Below are positions 30,624 to 42,495 of a DNA stretch of 64,000 nucleotides, piece after piece (position 1 is the stretch's first letter; every line of letters starts with the position of its first letter). Below the pieces are notes generated by a model. The model worked only from the letters and a program-made list of their open reading frames with translations. It made no database searches and was not told the origin of the DNA. The translations under genes and the position numbers were made by a program. This DNA comes from Baekduia sp. GTDB taxonomy: Bacteria > Actinomycetota > Thermoleophilia > Solirubrobacterales > Solirubrobacteraceae. The stretch covers positions 662-64,661 of the forward strand of contig DATDMD010000159.1 of NCBI GenBank assembly GCA_036518975.1, in the 5' to 3' direction.

Positions 30624-32414
30624 ATGACTCGGAGTCCCCTCCGATTCCTGGTGGCGGGCATGCTGGCCGTGCTCGCGTTCGTGGTCGCCGCCTGCGGAGG
30701 CAGCGACAACAACTCGTCGTCGACCGCCAAGAGCAGCGCCGGCACCCAGACGAACGCCAAGACCGCCGACGCGCCCGCCAAGAAGGGCGGCAAGATCACC
30801 ATGCTTGCCTCCTCCGACGTCGACTACGTCGACCCGGGCCACACCTACTACACGTTCGGCGAGATGGTGACGCTGGCGACCAACCGCCCGCTCTACTCGT
30901 TCAAGCCGGACGACGCCAACAAGCCCGTCCCCGACCTCGCCGACGGCGACGCGCAGATCTCGAGCGACAAGAAGACCGTCACGGTCAAGATCAAGCAGGG
31001 CGTCAAGTACGCCCCGCCGGTCAACCGCGCGGTCACGTCCAAGGACGTCAAGTACGCCTTCGAGCGCTTCTTCTCGGTCAACGTCGGCGGCCAGTACCCC
31101 GGCTACTTCGCGGTCATCAAGGGCGCGCCGAGCAAGCCGACGACCGGCGTCAAGCCGATCTCGGGCATCGAGACGCCTGACGACTCGACGATCGTCTTCC
31201 ACCTGAAGGAGCCGACGGCCGTCTCGTTCGTCGCCGCCCTGGTGATGCCGATCACGGTCCCGGTGCCGGAGGAGTACGCGTCGAAGTTCGACGCCAAGAA
31301 CCCGTCGACGTACAACACGCACGTCGCGTTCACCGGCCCGTACATGATCGAGAACAACAGCTCGGGCTCGCTCACCGGCTACCAGCCCGGCAAGAGCATC
31401 TCGATGGTGCGCAACCCGAACTGGGACGCGAAGACGGACTACCGTCCGGCCTACGCGGACTCGTACTTCATCCGCACCAACGCGACCGACGCGAACGTGT
31501 CGGCCCGCCAGGTGATCGACGGCCAGAACATGCTGCTCGACACCAACCCGCCGGCGAACATCCTCAAGGAGCTCGTCACCAAGGTGAAGGACCAGTACCT
31601 CTCCGTCCCGTCGGGTGGCTACCGCTACTTCCCGCTGAACACCGAGGTCAAGCCCTTCGACAACATCAACGTCCGCAAGGCCGTGATGGCGGGCTTCTCC
31701 CGGAACGCGGCCCGTCTGGCGCGTGGTGGCAAGTACGTGGGCGACATCGCCACGCACTGGCTGCCGCCGGACTTCCCGGGCTTCCAGCAGTCGGGTGGTT
31801 ACAAGGGCTTCCCGGACATCGACTTCTTCAACGACAAGAACGAAGACGGTGACATGGCGACGGCCGCCAAGTACTTCAAGCTCGCCGGCTACCCGTCGGG
31901 CAAGTACACCGGGAACCAGCAGCTCCTCGTCGTCGGCGCGAACGCCGACCCGGGCAAGGCCCAGGCCGAGGTGGCCACGGCCCAGCTGCAGAAGATGGGC
32001 TTCAAGGTCCGTCTGCGTCTCGTCCCGCAGGACGCGGTCTACACCGACTGGTGCCAGGTCCCGTCCAAGAAGGTCGCCATGTGCGGCGGCGCCGGCTGGT
32101 TCAAGGACTTCGCCGACCCGCAGTCGATGTTGGAGCCGGTCTTCAAGGGCTCGCTCATCAACCGCCAGAGCGGCAACATCAACTACTCGATGCTCAACGA
32201 CCCGAAGATCGACGACGCCATGAACAAGGCGGCGCTGCTCGAGGGCGACCAGCGCCTCCAGGCCTGGGCGAACATCGACAAGATGATCATCCAGGATGCC
32301 GCCGGCATCCCGTTCATCTGGGACAAGACCACGTTGGTCCGGTCCAAGAACATCCAGGGCGTCGCGAACCCGTACATCGCGCTCTGGGACCTGTCCTACA
32401 CCTCGGTCAAGTAG
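30624..32414 (+). CDS. Oligopeptide ABC transporter substrate-binding lipoprotein (family 5)
   Basis: RBS AAAGGA, lipobox VAAC, PVPDLA, DVKYAFER, TGPYMI, PFDNINVRKAV. Confidence 0.93.
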   Translation: MTRSPLRFLVAGMLAVLAFVVAACGGSDNNSSSTAKSSAGTQTNAKTADAPAKKGGKITMLASSDVDYVDPGHTYYTFGEMVTLATNRPLYSFKPDDANKPVPDLADGDAQISSDKKTVTVKIKQGVKYAPPVNRAVTSKDVKYAFERFFSVNVGGQYPGYFAVIKGAPSKPTTGVKPISGIETPDDSTIVFHLKEPTAVSFVAALVMPITVPVPEEYASKFDAKNPSTYNTHVAFTGPYMIENNSSGSLTGYQPGKSISMVRNPNWDAKTDYRPAYADSYFIRTNATDANVSARQVIDGQNMLLDTNPPANILKELVTKVKDQYLSVPSGGYRYFPLNTEVKPFDNINVRKAVMAGFSRNAARLARGGKYVGDIATHWLPPDFPGFQQSGGYKGFPDIDFFNDKNEDGDMATAAKYFKLAGYPSGKYTGNQQLLVVGANADPGKAQAEVATAQLQKMGFKVRLRLVPQDAVYTDWCQVPSKKVAMCGGAGWFKDFADPQSMLEPVFKGSLINRQSGNINYSMLNDPKIDDAMNKAALLEGDQRLQAWANIDKMIIQDAAGIPFIWDKTTLVRSKNIQGVANPYIALWDLSYTSVK

Positions 32415-32489
32415 CTCACTGATCCGCTTCTGCCGCCCTCGGGGATCGTCCCCGGGGGCGGCGGCGCGCGGAGGAGTCTCCAACCCCAC

Positions 32490-33446
32490 ATGGCTAGCTA
32501 CATCGCACGACGCCTCCTCTGGACCGTCCTGCTGCTCCTGGTGATCACCGCGGTCACCTTCCTCATCTTCTATGTGCTGCCGACGGCCGATCCGGCCGCG
32601 CTGCGCGCGGGCCGCGACCCGTCCCCGGACCTGATCAAGGCCATCAAGCATCAGCTGGGCCTCGACCAATCGCTGCCGCACCAGTACTGGCACTACACCG
32701 AGCGGCTCTGGTTCCACTTCGACTTCGGCGAGAGCTTCATCAACAACACGTCGGTCAAGACGCTGATCTTCGACCGCCTGCCGAACACGATCTTCCTCGT
32801 CGTCGGCGCGGCCATCATCTGGTTCGTCAGCGGCGTGGCGATCGGCATCGTGTCCGCCACCAAGCGCGGTTCGTTCTGGGATCGCGCGCTGATGGGCGGC
32901 GCGCTCATCGCGATCTCGGCGCCGGTCTACTGGCTCGGTCTCGTGTGCCTGTACCTCTTCGCCGACGACATCGGCAAGTGGCACATCTTCCCGGGCTCCG
33001 GCTCCTACCAGGACGCCCACACCTTCCTGGACAAGTGCTGGAGCCTGTTCCTGCCGTGGTGCGTGCTCGCCGCGGCGTTCGCGGCGATCTACGCGCGGCT
33101 CCTGCGCTCCAACCTGCTGGAGACGATGAGCGAGGACTACATCCGCACCGCGCGGGCCAAGGGCCTGCGCGAGAGGCGGGTGATCATGCGCCACGGCGTG
33201 CGGTCGGCGATCACGCCGGTCATCACCGTGCTCGGCCTCGACATCGGCATCCTGATGGGCGGCGCGATCCTCCCCGAGACCGTCTTCAACATCGACGGCA
33301 TCGGCCGCCTGTCCTTCGACGCGATCCAGCGTGGCGACCTCGCCACGATCCAGGGCACGACGATCGTCCTGGCGGCCGGCGTGGCCATCATGAGCCTCGT
33401 CGTCGACGTGCTCTACGCGTTCCTCGACCCGCGCGTGCGCTACTAG
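32490..33446 (+). CDS. Oligopeptide ABC transporter permease (OppB/DppB)
   Basis: YIARRLL, DFGES, DYIRTARAKGL, ETVFNIDGIG, LDPRVRY. Confidence 0.95.
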   Translation: MASYIARRLLWTVLLLLVITAVTFLIFYVLPTADPAALRAGRDPSPDLIKAIKHQLGLDQSLPHQYWHYTERLWFHFDFGESFINNTSVKTLIFDRLPNTIFLVVGAAIIWFVSGVAIGIVSATKRGSFWDRALMGGALIAISAPVYWLGLVCLYLFADDIGKWHIFPGSGSYQDAHTFLDKCWSLFLPWCVLAAAFAAIYARLLRSNLLETMSEDYIRTARAKGLRERRVIMRHGVRSAITPVITVLGLDIGILMGGAILPETVFNIDGIGRLSFDAIQRGDLATIQGTTIVLAAGVAIMSLVVDVLYAFLDPRVRY

Positions 33447-33462
33447 TGGGAGGGTGAGTCCC

Positions 33463-34640
<1,178 letters not shown>

Positions 34641-34644
<4 letters not shown>

Positions 34645-35669
34645 ACGACAACAACCTCGTCGAGGTCCGCGACCTGCAGATGCACTTCCCGATCCGCTCG
34701 GGATTCCTGATCCAGCGACAGGTCGGAGCGGTCAAGGCCGTCGACGGCGTGTCGTTCGACGTCCGCCGCGGCGAGACGCTCGGCCTGGTCGGCGAGTCCG
34801 GCTGCGGCAAGTCGACGACCGCGCGGCTGATCACGCGCCTGCTGGACCCGACGGGCGGGTCGATCACGTGGGAGGGCCGCGACATCGCGGGCCTCTCGCG
34901 CCGCGAGCTCAAGCCGCTGCGGCGCGAGATGCAGATGATCTTCCAGGACCCGTACTCGTCGCTGAACCCGCGCAAGACGGTCGGCACGATCATCGGCGAG
35001 CCGTTCATCATCCACGGCGTCGAGACCGACGAGCGCAAGCGCAAGGGCCTGGTCCAGGACCTGATGGAGCAGGTCGGGCTCAACCCCGAGCACTACAACC
35101 GCCTGCCGCACCAGTTCTCCGGCGGTCAGCGCCAGCGCATCGGCGTGGCGCGCGCCATCGCGCTGAAGCCGAAGCTGATCGTGGCCGACGAGCCGGTCTC
35201 CGCGCTCGACGTGTCGATCCAGGCGCAGGTCCTGAACCTGCTGAAGGACCTCCAGCGCGAGCTCGGGCTGACGATCATCTTCATCGCCCACGACCTGTCC
35301 GTCGTCCGCCACACCTGCGACCGCGTCGCGGTGATGTACCTCGGCAAGATCGTCGAGCTCGCGGACTCCGACGAGCTGTACATGCATCCGCGCCATCCGT
35401 ACACCGGCGCGCTGCTGTCGGCCGTCCCGGTGCCGGACCCGCGCCTGGCGCGCAACAAGAACCGCCAGGTGCTCGGCGGCGACGTGCCGTCCCCGGCGAA
35501 CCCGCCGTCAGCGTGCCGCTTCCACACGCGCTGCCCGAAGTTCGTGGAGGGCACCTGCGACGTGGTGTATCCCGAGCTGGAGATCAAGGAAGGCGGGAAC
35601 CTGACGTCCTGCCACTTCCCGCTGACGGACGAAGAGATCGCGCGGCGAGTGCCGACGGCGGCGGCGTAG
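34641..35669 (+). CDS. Oligopeptide ABC transporter ATPase (OppF/DppF)
   Basis: [40 protein letters not shown]; GTGA overlap with upstream gene. Confidence 0.96.
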
Positions 35670-35984
35670 GGCGCCGCGGCCGCCGCTCGGTACACGCGAC
35701 TCCACTGCCACTGGCACCGCGGCCGTTACTGGCCGCGGCCGGCCGCCCCACCACGGCCGCCCCTCGATACACGCGCTTCCACGGCTGCTGGCGGCGCCGA
35801 CGCCGTTGGCCGCAGCCAATCGCCTCGGCGGCGCGACCGCCATCGCACCGATCGTCACTCTCCCGCAGGGCGCGATCGCTTTGCGGTCCTCCGCCACCGC
35901 CGCCCCCCGGCACACGCGCCGCCACGCACACCGGCACCGCTCCGCGCCCCCGCCCGCGGCCAGCCGCCTCGGCCACCCGATCCA

Positions 35985-36021
35985 GGTCACCTTCGGCTCC
36001 AATATGGAGCCCAAGGTGACC
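35985..36021. repeat. REP-like palindrome
   Basis: GGTCACCTT-C-GGCTCCA-ATA-TGGAGCC-C-AAGGTGACC; ends shared with the hairpins at 58633 and 58694. Confidence 0.65.
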
Positions 36022-36045
36022 CGCACCCGCCCTACTCTCCACCCC

Positions 36046-36447
36046 ATGTACGCCAACGTCCTCGAGTTCGACGAGCCCGCCCACACCGCGGAGCAGGCTG
36101 CGACCGCGATCGGCGTCGACGTCGGCGCCATCGTCAAGTCCTTGGTCTTCCTCCGCGACGGCGTGCCGGTGCTCGTCCTCTGCAGCGGCGCGAACATGGT
36201 CGACGAGGCCGGGCTCGGCGTCGAGCGCGCACGCGCCGCGACGGTGCGGGAGGTCACGGGGCAGGCGATCGGTGGGGTCGCGCCGTATGGCCATCCGGCG
36301 CCGATCGAGACGCTCGTCGACGAGGACCTCATGACCTACGACGAGGTCTGGGCCGCGGCCGGCCACCCCAACAAGGTCTTCCCGATCGCGCCGCTGGAGC
36401 TCCTGCGCCGCACGAACGGGACCCCGGCGCGGGTGCGCGTCAGGTAG
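36046..36447 (+). CDS. YbaK/EbsC aminoacyl-tRNA deacylase
   Basis: HTAEQAA..IG...IVKSLVF, VREVTGQAIGGVAPYGH, WAAAG. Confidence 0.92.
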   Translation: MYANVLEFDEPAHTAEQAATAIGVDVGAIVKSLVFLRDGVPVLVLCSGANMVDEAGLGVERARAATVREVTGQAIGGVAPYGHPAPIETLVDEDLMTYDEVWAAAGHPNKVFPIAPLELLRRTNGTPARVRVR

Positions 36448-36455
36448 TCCTATAA

Positions 36456-38411
36456 CTACAACTCGACGATCGAGCCCACGACGACCGTCCGGTCGTCCGG
36501 CAGCCCGAAGTACGCCGCCGGGTTCGCGGCGTTGCGCGCCAACAACACGAACAACCGCTTCCGCCACAGCGCCATCCCGCGCGACTTGGTCGGGACGATC
36601 GTGATGCGCGAGATGAAGTACGACACGTCGTGCAGGTCGAAGTCGCCCTCCATCTTCTTCGCGGTCCGGCGCAGCATCCGCGGGATGTCGATGTTGTCCA
36701 TGAACCCGTAGCGCGCCGTGACGTGGACGATGCCGTCGTCGGCGTAGCCGAGGTCGTCGACGCTCGCACGCTGCACCTCGCGGATGTGCGGGACGCGCTC
36801 GACCACGACCGACACGATCACCACGCTCTCGTGGACCACGTTGTCGTGCTCGAAGTTCGCGCGCAGGGCGAGCGGCGTCGTCTCGAGGTTCGCGTTGAGG
36901 AACACCGCGGTGCGCGGCGTGCGGTACACCGGCGGCTCGGCCGCGTGGACCTCGTCGACGAACGCGCGCAGCGGCCCCTCCAGCGCGGTGCGGTTGCGCG
37001 TGACGATCGCGCGCCCACGCTGCCACGTCACGAGCAAGGTGAAGAAGAACGCCGCGACCGCCAGCGCGAACCAGCCGCCGTGCTCGATCTTCGGGACGTT
37101 GGCCGCCAGGAACGTGAGGTCGACCAGGAGGAACGCGGCGCCGCCGGCGATCGCCAGCCGCAGGCTCTTGTGCCACACCGCGCGCACGACGACGAAGAAC
37201 AGCAGCGTGTCGATCGCCATCGTCCCGGTCACCGCGATGCCGTACGCGGCCGCGAGGTGCTGCGACGACCCGAAGCCGATCACCAGCGCGATCACCGCGA
37301 CGAAGATCCCCCAGTTGACGGCCGGGACGTAGATCTGGCCGACCTCGTCCCGCGACGTCTGGCGCACCGTCACGCGCGGCAGGAAGCCGAGCTGCATCGC
37401 CTGGCGCGTCATCGAGAACGCGCCGGAGATCACGGCCTGCGAGGCGATCACGGTCGCCATCGTCGCCAGGATCACGACCGGGATCCGCGACCAGTCCGGC
37501 ATCAGCAGGAAGAACGGGTTCGCGATCGTCGACGGGTCGCGCAGGATCAGCGCGCCCTGGCCCATGTAGTTGAGGATCAACGCGGGGAAGACGAGCCAGA
37601 ACCACGCGCGCTGGATCGGCTGGCGGCCGAAGTGCCCCATGTCGGCGTACAGCGCCTCGCCGCCGGTGACGGTGAGGACCACGGAGCCGAGCGCGATGAA
37701 CGCGGTGCCGCCGTGCTGGAACAGGAAGTCGACCGCGTAGGTCGGCGAGATGGCCTTCAGGATCGCCGGGTCGCGCCCGATCTCGGCGACGCCGGTGACG
37801 GCCAGCAGCAGGAACCAGAGGATCATGACCGGCCCGAACATCCGCCCGACGACGCCGGTCCCGAAGCGCTGGACCGCGAACAGGATCGTGAGGATCCCGA
37901 CCGACAGCGGCACGACCCAGTCGGCGAAGCTCGGCGAGACGATCTCCATGCCCTCGACCGCCGAGAGCACGGAGATCGCGGGCGTGATCATGCCGTCGCC
38001 GTAGAACAGCGCCGCGCCGAAGAGGCCGAGCAGCACCAGGACGTACTTGCGCTTGCCATGGCCGAGCGTCGCGGCCTGGACCTTGGCGATCAGCGCGACG
38101 ATCCCGCCCTCGCCCTCGTTGTCGGCGCGCATGATCAAGAGCACGAACTTGATCGAGACCAGGATCGTGATCGTCCAGAAGACGAGCGAGACGATCCCGT
38201 AGACGCCCGCGTGGCTCGGCTGGACCGCGTGGTGGTCGGCGTTGAAGACCGCCTGCAGCGCGTACAGCGGGCTCGTGCCGATGTCGCCGAAGACGACGCC
38301 CAGCGCGCCGAGCGTCAGCGCCGCGGCGCCGCCCGCGTGGACGGCCGGCCGCGCGTGGCCGTGCCCGTCGCCGGGCGTGTGCTCAGGCGTCGGGCTCGGC
38401 GTCGTCGTCAT
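36456..38411 (-). CDS. kup: KUP/HAK/KT potassium uptake transporter
   Basis: LGVVFGDIGTSPLY, DNEGEGG, GDGMITPAISVLSAVEG, GGEALYADMGHF, GQIYVPAVN, YGFMD. Confidence 0.96.
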   Translation of the reverse strand: MTTTPSPTPEHTPGDGHGHARPAVHAGGAAALTLGALGVVFGDIGTSPLYALQAVFNADHHAVQPSHAGVYGIVSLVFWTITILVSIKFVLLIMRADNEGEGGIVALIAKVQAATLGHGKRKYVLVLLGLFGAALFYGDGMITPAISVLSAVEGMEIVSPSFADWVVPLSVGILTILFAVQRFGTGVVGRMFGPVMILWFLLLAVTGVAEIGRDPAILKAISPTYAVDFLFQHGGTAFIALGSVVLTVTGGEALYADMGHFGRQPIQRAWFWLVFPALILNYMGQGALILRDPSTIANPFFLLMPDWSRIPVVILATMATVIASQAVISGAFSMTRQAMQLGFLPRVTVRQTSRDEVGQIYVPAVNWGIFVAVIALVIGFGSSQHLAAAYGIAVTGTMAIDTLLFFVVVRAVWHKSLRLAIAGGAAFLLVDLTFLAANVPKIEHGGWFALAVAAFFFTLLVTWQRGRAIVTRNRTALEGPLRAFVDEVHAAEPPVYRTPRTAVFLNANLETTPLALRANFEHDNVVHESVVIVSVVVERVPHIREVQRASVDDLGYADDGIVHVTARYGFMDNIDIPRMLRRTAKKMEGDFDLHDVSYFISRITIVPTKSRGMALWRKRLFVLLARNAANPAAYFGLPDDRTVVVGSIVEL

Positions 38412-39021
38412 CGCCGTCGTCGTCGTAGAGCGACTCGCGCGCGAGCTCGCGGCCGACGGCATCGAAGACGGCGACGTCGAGGGTGTCGCCGCGGTAGTCG
38501 TCCGGGGCGAGCAGGGTGAAGCGGTTCTCGATCAGGATGCACTGGTCGACGGTCAGGCCGGCGAGCTCCGCGGTCGCGACCGCGGTCCGGTCCACGACCG
38601 GCGTGCCCCAGATGAGCGTCATCGCGGCGACCGCGCCGTTCTCGCCGCGCCAGCCGCCGATGACGTCCTCGCAGACGTCGATCTTCCAGTCCGGGTTGGC
38701 CTCGACCGTCTCCTCGGTCCAGTCCGCGGTGGCGGCGAAGTGGTCGGGCTCCTGGCCGTCCTCCACCGCGGGGGCGAAGCTGACCACGCCATAGAGCTCC
38801 AGACCCGCCGAGGTCCGCGAGGTCGCCGGCACGAACGTCCGGCCACCCCACGTCCGGTCCGGGTACCAGACGATGTCACCGGGCTCGCCGACCTCGTCCT
38901 CGATCGTCAGGCACGCGGCCAGGAACTCCTCCCGCAGCCGGTCGGCCCAGCGACCGTAGGGCAGCAGCTCCTGCGGCGGCTCGGCGGCGAAGCGGGGGAC
39001 GAAGCGGTCCTCGGGCGGCAT
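38383..39021 (-). CDS. Conserved-looking acidic hypothetical protein
   Basis: Globular-looking 212-aa ORF with host-like codon usage; TAGGCT 7 nt before ATG; overlaps kup start. Confidence 0.8.
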   Translation of the reverse strand: MPPEDRFVPRFAAEPPQELLPYGRWADRLREEFLAACLTIEDEVGEPGDIVWYPDRTWGGRTFVPATSRTSAGLELYGVVSFAPAVEDGQEPDHFAATADWTEETVEANPDWKIDVCEDVIGGWRGENGAVAAMTLIWGTPVVDRTAVATAELAGLTVDQCILIENRFTLLAPDDYRGDTLDVAVFDAVGRELARESLYDDDGDDDDAEPDA

Positions 39022-39118
39022 GGCGGGGAGCCTACGGGGTGGGCTGGCGGCGCCGCGTGCACGGCGGGTGGTGGGTGACTTGACAGGGAGGGTCGTTGAT
39101 GGGAAAAGACCGGCCCAG

Positions 39119-39310
39119 ATGAGCGTCTCCACGCGGATCGTCGTCCGCCTCGCGTTCGGCCTGGCGACCGTCAACCTGTTGGGCCTCGGCGACGGAGATC
39201 TCCAGAAGGCCCTGTTGGCGCTCGGGATCGCGGCGGTGTCGTGGCCGCTCGACGCGGCGATCGGCTCGCGGATCGCACGGCGCCGAGCCGCGTGCGCGGA
39301 AGAAACCTGA
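39119..39310 (+). CDS. Small hypothetical membrane protein
   Basis: 63 aa, two hydrophobic stretches. Confidence 0.4.
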   Translation: MSVSTRIVVRLAFGLATVNLLGLGDGDLQKALLALGIAAVSWPLDAAIGSRIARRRAACAEET

Positions 39311-39394
39311 CGCGAGCGGGGGACGAATTAGATTGCCGGTCCGATCAATGGAAGAGGCGCGCTTCAACGGAGTCTTCGTGCGGGAGGCCGTGAC

Positions 39395-39592
39395 ATGACC
39401 GCTCAGCGCCTTCGCGTGCGCTACCGGTCGCTCAAGGCGGATCCGCTCTACCAGAACCTGCTGATCGCGTTCGGTCTGCTCCCGGCGCTGTTCGCCTTCT
39501 GCCCGCTGCCCGACTGGGCCAACCTGCTGATCGCCGGCGCATGGGTGTTGCTGTTGGGCGTCGCGGGATGGATCGAGCGCGCACCGAGGTAG
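39395..39592 (+). CDS. Small hypothetical two-TM protein
   Basis: GGGAGG RBS upstream; 65 aa with two hydrophobic helices. Confidence 0.6.
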   Translation: MTAQRLRVRYRSLKADPLYQNLLIAFGLLPALFAFCPLPDWANLLIAGAWVLLLGVAGWIERAPR

Positions 39593-39603
39593 GCGACTTG
39601 AGA

Positions 39604-39981
39604 TCAGCGCGTTCGTGGCGCGAAGAGCGCGATACCGGCTGTGAGCCCGGCTGCGCCGATGACGACCAGCACGCCCCACGCAACGACGACCTCGCCGCCG
39701 TGGCTGCTGGCCAGCACACCGGGCAATTGATACGCGGATGCGAGCGCCGACCCCAGCGCCACGAGCGACACCGCTGCGACGAACCGTGGCCTGATGAACA
39801 CCATCACGAGCCCAACCAGAGCGCAGAGCAGCGTGGCCAGACCTCCGTGGTCCAGGCCGCCGAGATCACCGCTGGCAACAAGAGTGTGCTCCGAGAACCA
39901 TGGCGCACACGAACTGACTGCGATCACGACGCACCCGACGACGAGCGCGGCGCGAGCATCAATAGGAAGTCGGCGACCCAT
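39604..39981 (-). CDS. Hypothetical four-TM membrane protein
   Basis: Four hydrophobic segments with a PW motif after TM1; codon usage less GC3-biased than neighbours. Confidence 0.6.
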   Translation of the reverse strand: MGRRLPIDARAALVVGCVVIAVSSCAPWFSEHTLVASGDLGGLDHGGLATLLCALVGLVMVFIRPRFVAAVSLVALGSALASAYQLPGVLASSHGGEVVVAWGVLVVIGAAGLTAGIALFAPRTR

Positions 39982-40133
39982 AGCTTTTTTCTCTGCTGCT
40001 GTGGACCGACACAAGGAGTTCCGTATCCGTGGCTAGCAACCCCGGTGGCTGCTGTGCGGCGGGCACACTACACAGCGCCGCTCACGCAACCAAGAATGAC
40101 CTATCGATCCGTCGCGTCGAGCGACGCGGGCGC

Positions 40134-40556
40134 CTACGGCAGCTCCAACAGCAACGTGACCGGCCCGTCGTTGACCAGCGCCACCTCCATGTGCGCGCCG
40201 AAGACCCCGCCCTGCGCGCCCAGTCTCGCCCGGAAGCGCTCGTAGAGCGGTTCGGCGACCTCCGGCCGGGCCGCTGCCACGAACGACGGGCGGTTGCCGC
40301 GCCGGGTGTCGCCGTACAACGTGAACTGCGACACCACCAACACCTCGCGGTCGGCGCCGAGCGACTCGTTCATCTTGCCCTCGGCGTCCTCGAACACCCG
40401 CAGCGCGGCGACCTTGTCGGCCAGCCGGTCGCCGATCGCCTCGTCGTCCGACGACGTCACGCCCAACAGCACCAACAACCCCGGCCCGATTGCGGCAACG
40501 GTCTCGCCGTCCACCGTCACCGAAGCCGACCGAACCCGTTGCACGACCGCACGCAT
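40134..40556 (-). CDS. dtd: D-aminoacyl-tRNA deacylase
   Basis: [36 protein letters not shown]. Confidence 0.97.
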   Translation of the reverse strand: MRAVVQRVRSASVTVDGETVAAIGPGLLVLLGVTSSDDEAIGDRLADKVAALRVFEDAEGKMNESLGADREVLVVSQFTLYGDTRRGNRPSFVAAARPEVAEPLYERFRARLGAQGGVFGAHMEVALVNDGPVTLLLELP

Positions 40557-40570
40557 CGCAACCCCTTCTC

Positions 40571-41494
40571 CTAGATGATCGGCGCCGCGATCAGCGCCAG
40601 TAAGACCACCAACATGGTCGACCAGGCGATCGCGCTGGCCGCCAGGCGCACGTCCAACCCATACAGGTGCGCGACGACCAGGGAGTTGATCCCCGCCGCC
40701 ATGCCCGCCTGGACCAGGTATGCATGGGGGACGCTCACGGTCACCTTGGAGAACACGAACAACAACGCCGGCGCGACGACCATCCGCAACACCAGCGCCA
40801 CCCCGACCGCCGACGTCAGCGGCGGCGGGAACCCGAAGACGCCCACCTCCTGCTCGGCCATCAGGTTGACCCCCAAGATGAAGAACCCCAACGGCAGCAC
40901 GGCGTAGGCGGCGCAGAAGCGGGCGACGTCGACCACGTGCTGCGGCGCGAGCACGTCAGGCGCGATCAGCCCCGCCAGCAGCGCCCAGAGCACGGGGTTC
41001 CGAGTCAGAAACGCGTGCAGCCGCTCGCGCGGCGTCTCGCCGGCCCGCGTCCCGTACGCCGCCCCGACCGCGAACCCCGCCGTGTACAACATCACCTGGC
41101 TGATGACCGTGTCCCACGCGATGGCGGGCGCCAGCGCGTCGTGCCCGAGCAGCGCCGCGACCAGCGGCGTGCCCAAGTACCCCGTGTTGGCCAGGATGAC
41201 GCAGAGGATCAGGGTCCCGACGCTCGGCCGCGGCAGCTTCAGCACGCGCGTGCCGATCTGCGCCGCGACGACGCCGACGATCGCCAGCTCCAAGAACCCC
41301 AACAACAGACCGACGCCCACGCCGCCACCCAGGTGCAGCCGCGCGACGACGAAGAACACGATGAACGGACCCAGCACCCAGACCATGAAGTCGATCAGGT
41401 CGCGCGCGAACTTCCGCGCGCCCAGGCCGAAGCGCCGCTCGGCCCCGGCGCCGACGAGCGTCGACGCCAGGATGGCCAGCGCGACGAGGATCAC
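40571..41494 (-). CDS. AEC (auxin efflux carrier)-family transporter
   Basis: About 10 TMs, [24 protein letters not shown]. Confidence 0.88.
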   Translation of the reverse strand: MILVALAILASTLVGAGAERRFGLGARKFARDLIDFMVWVLGPFIVFFVVARLHLGGGVGVGLLLGFLELAIVGVVAAQIGTRVLKLPRPSVGTLILCVILANTGYLGTPLVAALLGHDALAPAIAWDTVISQVMLYTAGFAVGAAYGTRAGETPRERLHAFLTRNPVLWALLAGLIAPDVLAPQHVVDVARFCAAYAVLPLGFFILGVNLMAEQEVGVFGFPPPLTSAVGVALVLRMVVAPALLFVFSKVTVSVPHAYLVQAGMAAGINSLVVAHLYGLDVRLAASAIAWSTMLVVLLALIAAPII

Positions 41495-42495
41495 CCGGTG
41501 CCGCTGTCCCGCAGGCGCTGCGCGGCGGTCTCCGGCGCCACGATGTTGAGGCCGACGCCGGTCCCGAGCTCGAGGCCGGCGAGATGGGTGAGCCGGGGCG
41601 TGACGTCGATGCGCCAGCAGAAGTGGTCGGCGCCCGCGGGCGCGGTCCGGACCCAGATGTTCAGCGGCGGCATGAACCCCAGGACCGCGCGCAGCCGCCC
41701 GAGCGCGCCGTGCAGCATCGCCGCGCCGAACGACCCCGGGACGTCGTCATCCTCAAACCGCGCTCGCGCACGCCGGGGCGCCAGCAGCAGCTGGTACGGA
41801 AGCCGCGCGGCGTAGGGACTCAGCAACACCATCTCGTCATCGATGGCGATCAGCCGCGCGCGCTGGCGGACCTCCTCGGCGACGAGGTTCTCCAGCAGGT
41901 TGCCGCCCATCGTTCGCGTCGCGTAGGCGCCGAAGCGCTCGCGCTCGCGCGCGATCTGCGCGGGGACGAAGTCCAAGGCGTACAACTGCGCGTGCGTGTG
42001 CGGCAGGGACGCGCCGGCCTCCGCGCGCTCGTTCACCAGAACGTGGACAACCGCCGATTCACTCGCGTGCGCGCGCATGCGCGCGCGCCACATCGCCATC
42101 GCCCACCCGACCTGCTCGACGCTCAGCGCCCCGAGCGACGTCACCGCGTCCGGGGCGTTGACGATGACCTCGTGCGCCCCGCGCGCCGCGCTCGCGCTGA
42201 AGAGGTCCGGCGCGTGGGAGCGGTCGACCTCCGGCGCGTCGGGCGTCAGCGCGGGGTAGAGGTTCGGGACCACGCGCACGCGCCAGCCGGGCGTGTCCGG
42301 CGCCGAGCCGTCCGGCCGGTCGGCGGCGATCTCCGGCGGGGTGCGGTCCTCGTGGCCGGGGGCGAACGGGTCGGCCTCGACGTCGATCGGCGGCGCGTCG
42401 GCGCTCGCGATCGGCCAGCCGCCCGGACGGTCCGCGCGCCCGCCGGCGATGATCGTCTTCAGGCCGGTGAGGGGATCGACGCGCGCCTCGTTCAC
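41491..42495 (-). CDS. Galactose-1-phosphate uridylyltransferase-like (GalT, HIT superfamily)
   Basis: RVDPLTG..RADRP, RVVPNLYPAL, GAHEVIV, AGASLPHTHAQ, AGLELGTG..N...PE.AA. Confidence 0.9.
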   Translation of the reverse strand: MNEARVDPLTGLKTIIAGGRADRPGGWPIASADAPPIDVEADPFAPGHEDRTPPEIAADRPDGSAPDTPGWRVRVVPNLYPALTPDAPEVDRSHAPDLFSASAARGAHEVIVNAPDAVTSLGALSVEQVGWAMAMWRARMRAHASESAVVHVLVNERAEAGASLPHTHAQLYALDFVPAQIARERERFGAYATRTMGGNLLENLVAEEVRQRARLIAIDDEMVLLSPYAARLPYQLLLAPRRARARFEDDDVPGSFGAAMLHGALGRLRAVLGFMPPLNIWVRTAPAGADHFCWRIDVTPRLTHLAGLELGTGVGLNIVAPETAAQRLRDSGTG

